Shown here piece by piece: positions 46,974-54,525 of a stretch of 54,525 nt of DNA. The DNA lies in contig QBUM01000251.1 in the NCBI GenBank assembly GCA_013180585.1, positions 1 through 54,525 on the forward strand, written 5' to 3'. Numbering within the stretch: the first letter of the stretch is position 1; every line of letters begins with the position of its first letter. The stretch comes from Candidatus Methanophagaceae archaeon GoMg2. GTDB taxonomy: Archaea > Halobacteriota > Syntropharchaeia > Alkanophagales > Methanospirareceae. The notes beneath the pieces are model-generated. The model had not been told where the DNA came from, searched no databases, and saw only the letters and a program-made list of their open reading frames with translations. The translations under genes and the position numbers were made by a program.

Positions 46974-48356
46974 CTATCTGCCCCGCGCCTTCATGAACTG
47001 TTCCACAGCGCTCTCGACAGCATCAACCATAACATCTCTGTGCAATGAAATATACGGGTCAAAGCTCTTCTCCATCCTGCTTAGTTCCTTCGCAGTCATA
47101 TCCTGTCTTATAGCGTTGTAGAGCCCGTCTATCCTATCCGCAACCATCTCCTCTGAAATAATCTGCGCCCCTATCAACCGTTCTGAATAAGCATCAAAAA
47201 GTAATTTCACCGCCATTGACTTCCTGCCATGATAGAATCTTGCTTTCGTGGGCTTCTCCTTTTTACCGCTTATTACTTCTATCCCGTGCCTCTCCGCAGT
47301 TGCCGATGTGATTCCCACAGAACCCACTTGAAAATTAGAAATAGTCGCAACCGCAGGACTCAAGGCGGGTTCGAGCGAGTAGCTGCCACCCAATAAATCG
47401 TTTACAACCACTTTAGCCTGCACCAAAACGGTAGAAGCAAGCAGGCTCAGTCGTGGCCGAAGCGTAATTGCATCTATCATCTCTACACAATCGCCAAGCG
47501 CATATACATTACTCAGATACCTACCCCCTTTATTAACGTGTAAAAACTGGTCTGTTACTATTCCGCCCGTTTCGCCTATTTTTATGCCCGCCTTTTCTGC
47601 TAAATCCGTATTCGGAAGCATACCGCGTGAAATCACAACTATATCCGCGGGAATTTTCTCACCGCCCACCACAACTGCCCTTACCTTTGCTCCTTCTCCA
47701 TTTATGGAATCCACACTTTTTCCTACGATGAACTCGAGTCCGTCTTTTACCAGCTTTTCATGTACTATTGAGCCCATATCGGGATCTAATATACTGGATA
47801 GCGGCGTTGGATGCCCCATCACTACGGTGGTTTTCAAACCTTTTTTCGAAAAAGCAACCGCCACTTGTATGCCAATCGGACCACCACCGATAACCACAGC
47901 GTTCTTCGCTTCTGGTGCATTCATGGCAGCCTCTATCTTCTCACCGTCTTCCACCGTGCTCATTGTGCAAACACCTTCTAAGGCAGTACCTTCTATATCG
48001 GGAATCCGCGGCTTTCTGCCTGTTGCTATCACCAAATATTCGTACTTTAGCTTCTCCCCCGTGTTAAGACTTACAGCGCTATCTTCCAAATTGATGCCCG
48101 TTACTTCTGTACCGGTCCGATAATCAATACCATGTCCAATGAAAGCCTCCGGTGGCTCTATCTCGGTAACATCCTTCATATCGAAAACCCCTTGCAGAGC
48201 AAGAGGCACCGCACAAATAGAAGCGGAACCACCCTTTTCTTTCTTCACCAGCGTTATGTCAAACTGCTTGAGTGCTTCTGCTCCTTTCTTAAATATCGCT
48301 TCCAATGTGTATGTCCCCGCATCACCACCACCAATTATCACTACTTTTTTTGCCAT
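46974..48356 (-). CDS. FAD-dependent pyridine nucleotide-disulfide oxidoreductase (CoA-disulfide reductase/NADH oxidase family)
   Basis: 460 aa. It has VVIIGGGDAGT (FAD), a single redox Cys in SASICAVP, a second dinucleotide fold VVIGGGPIGIQ, and YALGDC. Confidence 0.8.
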   Translation of the reverse strand: MAKKVVIIGGGDAGTYTLEAIFKKGAEALKQFDITLVKKEKGGSASICAVPLALQGVFDMKDVTEIEPPEAFIGHGIDYRTGTEVTGINLEDSAVSLNTGEKLKYEYLVIATGRKPRIPDIEGTALEGVCTMSTVEDGEKIEAAMNAPEAKNAVVIGGGPIGIQVAVAFSKKGLKTTVVMGHPTPLSSILDPDMGSIVHEKLVKDGLEFIVGKSVDSINGEGAKVRAVVVGGEKIPADIVVISRGMLPNTDLAEKAGIKIGETGGIVTDQFLHVNKGGRYLSNVYALGDCVEMIDAITLRPRLSLLASTVLVQAKVVVNDLLGGSYSLEPALSPAVATISNFQVGSVGITSATAERHGIEVISGKKEKPTKARFYHGRKSMAVKLLFDAYSERLIGAQIISEEMVADRIDGLYNAIRQDMTAKELSRMEKSFDPYISLHRDVMVDAVESAVEQFMKARGR

Positions 48357-48437
48357 TTTTATCGTTTTGATATTCTTGGTTTGAACATAAGAATTTTTCT
48401 GTTTTGAACCCTTTTCTTAGAAAAGACGAGTTGTTCC

Positions 48438-49019
48438 ATGATGATACAATGTGCAGAAGCAATAGTAGAACTAAAAGGCGACCTCGTGTACAAACGTAGA
48501 ATAGAAAAGCGGTACCGGGTGAGGGAGATAGACGAGCGGATACGAAGGGAAAGAACGAGGAGCGAAGCGAAGATAATCTCAGAAGCGAGAAGAAAAGGTG
48601 TGCCTACACCAATCATCTTTGATGTTCACGATTACGAATTGGTGATGGAGCGAATAGAAGGTGATTTAGTGCGTGAAGTGATAAACGAAGCAATAAGTGA
48701 GAGAATAGGCGAGTTCGTTGGCATATTGCACAAAAATAGTATAATTCATGGTGATTTAACCACTTCCAATATTATTTTGGGTAAGGATAATATTTTATAT
48801 CTGATAGATTTTGGGTTATCGTTTGTGGAATCGAACATAGAAGCAAAAGGCGTAGACGTACATGTATTTTTACAAAGCCTTTGCGGCACGCATGATGCCC
48901 ATGAACAACTAAAAGAGGCTTTTATAAAAGGATACCTGAGCACTTTTCCAGATGCCGCACAAATATTGAAAAGAGTAACAGAGATAGAACAGAGAGGACG
49001 ATATATAGAGCGTAAATGA
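48438..49019 (+). CDS. bud32: Kae1-associated kinase Bud32 (stand-alone)
   Basis: 193 aa. It shows AEAIVEL.., KRYRV.EIDERIRRERTRSEAKIISEARRKGV, the catalytic loop HGDLTTSNIIL, and LIDFGLS. Confidence 0.85.
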   Translation: MMIQCAEAIVELKGDLVYKRRIEKRYRVREIDERIRRERTRSEAKIISEARRKGVPTPIIFDVHDYELVMERIEGDLVREVINEAISERIGEFVGILHKNSIIHGDLTTSNIILGKDNILYLIDFGLSFVESNIEAKGVDVHVFLQSLCGTHDAHEQLKEAFIKGYLSTFPDAAQILKRVTEIEQRGRYIERK

Positions 49020-49022
49020 AAT

Positions 49023-49157
49023 GTGTTTGTTTCGCTAACCACAGGTTTCCACGAGAAATATTAATATGGCTTAAGCACTCTATTGGCTTTTTTAGCCCCT
49101 GCTGACCAAAAATTCTTGTACTAACCTCGCGGTTTTTTCGATTCGCTATACAAATAG
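49023..49157 (-). mobile_element. MITE-like repeat family 1, shorter copy (R9), flanked by aatgaaa direct repeats
   Basis: aatgaaa at 49015-49021 and at 49158-49164. The left copy contains the bud32 TGA stop (49017-49019). Confidence 0.85.
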
Positions 49158-49167
49158 AATGAAACAA

Positions 49168-49212
49168 ATCAAAGTAAAAAATAAAAGAGAGGCTATAAAA
49201 AAGCTATAGCCT
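49168..49212 (-). terminator. Hairpin plus T-tract terminator candidate downstream of the TRAM gene
   Basis: An 8 bp stem aggctata/tatagcct (49190-49197 and 49205-49212) has a 7 nt loop. On the minus strand it is followed by ctcttttattttttacttt. Confidence 0.5.
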
Positions 49213-49253
49213 TATTCTAAAGATGTAGTATATATTAGAAGCGTAATGAACTT

Positions 49254-49472
49254 TTACTCTTCCGTGACTACTTCTCCAAATCCAACTCTCCGCGAGACTT
49301 TAGCTATTTTGATCTTTACACTGTCCCCTTTTTTCGTATTGGGTACAAAGACCACAAAACCTTCCACTCGCGCTATTCCATCTCCTTCTCTGCCTACATC
49401 CTCTATCTTTACGTCATAGACGTCGCCAACATTCAGCGGGGAATTTATTCCCCCTCTTTCTCTATATTGCAT
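49254..49472 (-). CDS. TRAM domain-containing small protein
   Basis: 72 aa. VGDVYDVKIEDVGREGDGIARVEGFVVFVPNTKKGDSVKIKI is the TRAM fold signature. A strong aaggaggt RBS lies upstream. Confidence 0.82.
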   Translation of the reverse strand: MQYRERGGINSPLNVGDVYDVKIEDVGREGDGIARVEGFVVFVPNTKKGDSVKIKIAKVSRRVGFGEVVTEE

Positions 49473-49640
49473 ACCTTAAATACCTCCTTTCTTTGGTGAT
49501 GCTCTTTACTCTTCCGCATCACCTGTCATTTATATCTTCGCTCTCTATATAAAGGTTGGCGACGTAAAGCAGTTATAACCACACAAAAAGCACATTTTCC
49601 TGCACCTGTTGTCTTGGCTATCCGTAAAATCTTGCAGCAA

Positions 49641-50204
49641 TTATCTCGCTGCCTTTGCCATCCGCTCTTTCTCTTCCTTCTTATTTATCGAATAGCATTT
49701 CGCGTTCTTCGCCGCATTTGTTATCTCATCGGCAAGGCACTTCTCCATACTCCTCTTGCTCTTGAATGCGCATTTCTGCGCTCCGTGTGCGATGAAGAGT
49801 AACGCCTGATCTACCTTTCGCTGTGAAGTTACATCCACGGGTTTAGGAACTAATATACCACCAAATCTCAATCTGATTGTATCCTCTCTCGGTCCCGCGT
49901 TTTGTATGGCATCCACGAGCATCTGAACCGGATTCTGTTTCGTATTCTCGTATATCAAATCAAAAGCGGCTTTTACTATTTTATATGCCTTCTGTTTCTT
50001 GCCCGTGTTCCTCTCGGACATCATCAATTTATTGATGAGCCGCTCCACCACGCAAACTTTTGATTGCTCAAACTGCTGTTTTGCATGTCGCCCTCCACTA
50101 TGCAGTGCCGAGACCGACCGGAGACTGATATGCCGCTCTACACCCATATCAGCCACCGTTACATCATTAATGTCCCATTTATCAAATATCTTATCAAATG
50201 CCAT
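49641..50204 (-). CDS. rps7: 30S ribosomal protein S7
   Basis: 187 aa. Archaeal S7 pattern (..RLINKLM....NTGKK..A..IV..AF..I). Confidence 0.92.
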   Translation of the reverse strand: MAFDKIFDKWDINDVTVADMGVERHISLRSVSALHSGGRHAKQQFEQSKVCVVERLINKLMMSERNTGKKQKAYKIVKAAFDLIYENTKQNPVQMLVDAIQNAGPREDTIRLRFGGILVPKPVDVTSQRKVDQALLFIAHGAQKCAFKSKRSMEKCLADEITNAAKNAKCYSINKKEEKERMAKAAR

Positions 50205-50630
50205 TTACCTCAGAACCTTCTCCTTCTTTCCCTTTATCAATTCATGCAGTGAAATATCAGTTACCGCCACCACCTTGAATCTGACACCAGATAGATCCCC
50301 GTATGACCTACCTTTCCTTCCACCCATTCCTACTATCAATACCTCATCGTGCTCGTCTATAAACTTTATAGCACCGTCACCAGGGCAAAAAGCAGTTACC
50401 TGCTTCCCATTCTTTATTAACTGGACACGAACACATTTTCTTATCGCTGAGTTTGGTTGCTTTGCCTCTATCCCCACTTTTTCTAGGACAATAGCCTTGC
50501 CCATATGCGCACCTTCCAGCGGGTCGCTCCTTTTAGCAGAATATATTCTCCGTGCATAGCTCGCATCTCGCCGCCGGAACTTCCGCCTATTCTCCTTCGC
50601 CTTTCTTGCTGCGTATATTCCTTTTCCCAT
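50205..50630 (-). CDS. rps12: 30S ribosomal protein S12
   Basis: 141 aa. [27 protein letters not shown] motif. Confidence 0.93.
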   Translation of the reverse strand: MGKGIYAARKAKENRRKFRRRDASYARRIYSAKRSDPLEGAHMGKAIVLEKVGIEAKQPNSAIRKCVRVQLIKNGKQVTAFCPGDGAIKFIDEHDEVLIVGMGGRKGRSYGDLSGVRFKVVAVTDISLHELIKGKKEKVLR

Positions 50631-50701
50631 CGTTACTGAAACTCTTCCTTTTTAATAGGAATTACTTATTCAATAAAACTTTACGTTCAAAAATGTCTTT
50701 C

Positions 50702-51136
50702 TTATTTGATTATCACATCGTCTATATCTTGAAGCCGGTTCACCAATAATTTCACTTTTTTTATCTTCTCCCCACCCTTGCCGATTGCAATACCCTTGTC
50801 TTTATTCGGAACCACCACATAGACTACACTTTTGTCGTCTTTCGTCTGCATCTCCACGCTCTTCACAGAAACCGGGCGGAACAGATTCTCTATGAATTCA
50901 TTTATATCGGGTGAGTGTTCTACAACCTCCACATCCCGCCTTAACATATCTTTTACTTTAGTTATGTTAGAACCGCCTTTGCCTATGGCTAATCCCATAT
51001 CTCCCTTCTTAACCACCAGTATCACTTTATTTGCTTCGTTATCCACTATACAATCCATGGCGCCGGCACCTGTAATCCTCTCGAATACGCCTATGCACCT
51101 TATATCCTCAGTATCCAGCTTCACCGTCATTTTCAA
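50702..51136 (-). CDS. nusA: Archaeal NusA-like protein (two KH domains)
   Basis: 144 aa. It has two GxxG KH motifs (IGKGGSNI and IGKGGEKI). It sits in the conserved position between L30e and S12. Confidence 0.88.
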   Translation of the reverse strand: MKMTVKLDTEDIRCIGVFERITGAGAMDCIVDNEANKVILVVKKGDMGLAIGKGGSNITKVKDMLRRDVEVVEHSPDINEFIENLFRPVSVKSVEMQTKDDKSVVYVVVPNKDKGIAIGKGGEKIKKVKLLVNRLQDIDDVIIK

Positions 51137-51166
51137 TCACTTTTTCCCTTCGTTTATACCCGTTAG

Positions 51167-52884
<1,718 letters not shown>

Positions 52885-53597
52885 CTATGCACTCTCCTCT
52901 ATCTCTTCTCTTATTATCTCGTCTATATCTACAACTTTCCCACCTTCTGTTTTTGATGGGTCAACACCATCTTCACCGTATTTGAATTGTACGATGGTAT
53001 CCCTTGTTTCTCGGACTGTTCCATCATACTTCACTTCAAGGTCCTGTAAAGCGTTAATGAGCCGCCTCTGGAAGTATCCGCTCTGAGAAGTACGGACAGC
53101 GGTGTCCACCAATGCTTCCCTGCCTCCAACTGCGTGGAAGAAGTATTCTGTTGGAGATAATCCATCCTTAAATGACGCTCTCACGAAGCCACGCGCATCT
53201 GCACTACGGTCACCGGGTCTAAAGTGAGGCAACGTTCTCTGCTGGTAGCCCCGCCTTATCCGTTCCCCACGGACAGATTGCTGACCCACACACGCAGTCA
53301 TTTGCGTTAAATTGAGCATAGAACCGCGTGCGCCCGATTTTGCCATCAGCACCCCCGGGTTCTTTATGCCAAAATACTTTTCCGCAATATTCCCGGCCTC
53401 ATCTCTCGCACGGCCAAGATTCTGCATTATCAACAGCTCCAGCGACTCCTCCACTGTCCGCCCTGGTAAAGCCTCCAGCTCTTCTGCATCGTACGCCCTT
53501 ATCAACAAATCAACATTCTTCTCTGCTTCACGCACCGCCTCTTCTCTTATCTGCTCTTTCCCTTCCTTTGGTATATCCTCATCGCTTATCCCGAAGC
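52885..53597 (-). CDS. rpoA1: DNA-directed RNA polymerase subunit A', C-terminal segment only (gene interrupted at about 53597)
   Basis: The minus frame reads FGISDEDIPKE...SGARGS.LNLTQMTACVGQQSVRGERI...FFHAVGGREALVDTAVRTSQSGYFQRRL.., the bridge-helix region of A'/Rpb1. The track ORF start at 53622 (GTG) is a junction artefact. Confidence 0.88.
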
Positions 53598-54525
53598 ATA
53601 TCGCAAAAGAGTTAACCATCACCGTTAATGTGACTGAACGAAACCGTAAACTATTGAGCGAGACCGTGCAGAGGGGAAAGAACCATCCGGGTGCTAATTA
53701 TGTGCGAAGAGCAGATGGTAAAAAGGTAAAAGTAACGGATATCAATTACGAGACGTTAGCAGAAGAGTTAGGCATAGGGTGGAAGGTGGAAAGGCATCTT
53801 GTAGATGGCGACCTCGTTTTGTTCAACAGGCAGCCCTCTCTGCATAGATTAAGCATAATGGCGCATTATGTGCGTGTGATGCCCGGTAAAACGTTCAGAT
53901 TAAATCCGTCCGTATGTCCCCCATACAATGCCGATTATGACGGTGATGAAATGAACCTGCATGTGCTGCAGACAGAGGAAGCGAGGGCTGAGGTTAAGAT
54001 TCTGATGGCGGTGCAGCGAAACATAATATCACCCAGATTTGGCAGACCTATTATCGGTGGCCTTCACGATTACATCACGGGGATGTTCTTACTTACACAA
54101 GGAGTGAAGAACTTTGAGAAGGAGGCAGTGCTGGATATATTGGATAATGTGGATGTTGATGATTTGGGCGAGCCTGCGGGGACATACACATCAAGCGTTT
54201 ACGAGGAAATCCCGTATTGGCCCAACAAGCAAATATTCAGCCTGATCTTACCTAAGGATCTGGATTTGCAATTTCGTGCTACGGTATGCGAGAAGTGCAT
54301 TGAGAAAGGCTTGACGTGTGAGAAAGAGAAATGCCCCCATGAAGCGTATGTTTTAATAAAAGGGGGGAAATTGATATGTGGAGTAATAGATGAGGCAGCG
54401 GTAGGGTCGTTCAAAGGGCGAATAATAGACAGAATATTCAGGCACTATGGGGAAGTACCAGCAAAAGAGTTTATAAGAGATGTTTCTCGGCTCGCTATTA
54501 ATTATATTCTGCAAAGTGGTTTCAG
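53588..54525 (+). CDS. rpoA1: DNA-directed RNA polymerase subunit A', central catalytic segment on the opposite strand, running off the window
   Basis: The plus frame has no stop and reads IPKHIAKELTITVNVTERN..HPGANYV..VERHLVDGDLVLFNRQPSLHRLSIMAHYVRV..CPPYNADYDGDEMNLHV..AINYILQSGF. It is colinear with Rpb1 VPRSIAKTLTYPE..NADFDGDEMN..LLHNGF. It is absent from the ORF track because it lacks both a Met start and a stop. Confidence 0.88.
   Translation, partial: MPKHIAKELTITVNVTERNRKLLSETVQRGKNHPGANYVRRADGKKVKVTDINYETLAEELGIGWKVERHLVDGDLVLFNRQPSLHRLSIMAHYVRVMPGKTFRLNPSVCPPYNADYDGDEMNLHVLQTEEARAEVKILMAVQRNIISPRFGRPIIGGLHDYITGMFLLTQGVKNFEKEAVLDILDNVDVDDLGEPAGTYTSSVYEEIPYWPNKQIFSLILPKDLDLQFRATVCEKCIEKGLTCEKEKCPHEAYVLIKGGKLICGVIDEAAVGSFKGRIIDRIFRHYGEVPAKEFIRDVSRLAINYILQSGF

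Noticed and set aside
54199-54414. 71 aa minus-strand ORF from the track.
   Set aside because: It is antisense to the strongly conserved plus-strand rpoA1 segment and has no motifs.
53598-54525. A simple fold-back (hairpin) contig end in which the terminal segment is the reverse complement of the adjacent sequence.
   Set aside because: The plus-strand segment encodes a different part of A' (around the NADYDGDEMN motif) from the adjacent minus-strand segment. It is therefore not a duplicated inverted copy but an inverted unique segment.

Overview
This window is an archaeal chromosome segment, and its gene content points to a methanogen- or ANME-like euryarchaeon. Supporting genes include formylmethanofuran dehydrogenase subunit B, an MCR component A2-like ABC ATPase, a thermosome-like chaperonin, Orc1/Cdc6, archaeal HMG-CoA synthase plus thiolase, and L7Ae/S28e/L24e. 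The rpoA'-rpoA''-L30e-NusA-S12-S7 cluster and PEF-CTERM surface proteins fit the same picture. Most of the window is tightly packed housekeeping genes: proS, ribB/ribK, thrC, moaC, pheS, thiL, aroA, aroC, pgk, gap and three tRNAs. I found no rRNA, no CRISPR array, no transposase or integrase gene, and no recognisable defence system. Four signals are not explained by ordinary annotation. (1) Nine copies of a roughly 125-160 bp MITE-like intergenic element. It has long imperfect terminal inverted repeats built from 10-11 bp sub-repeats, and several copies have 7-8 bp target-site duplications. Copies sit mainly at gene 3' ends and T-tracts. (2) A related 280 bp element with a perfect 10 bp duplication, lying beside an orphan PEF-CTERM tail remnant and a small antitoxin-like gene. 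(3) An orientation break inside the essential rpoA1 (A') gene at about 53590. The central catalytic segment is inverted up to the window end, most likely a chimeric or assembly artefact. (4) A 1252 aa PEF-CTERM surface protein that combines three beta-helix modules with an embedded SGNH/GDSL hydrolase signature. Smaller oddities include tRNA-Thr abutting the proS start codon, a divergent thermosome paralogue, an isolated fwdB, and a bacterial-type GAPDH next to an archaeal-type PGK. All product calls come from motif recognition by eye and have not been checked against databases.
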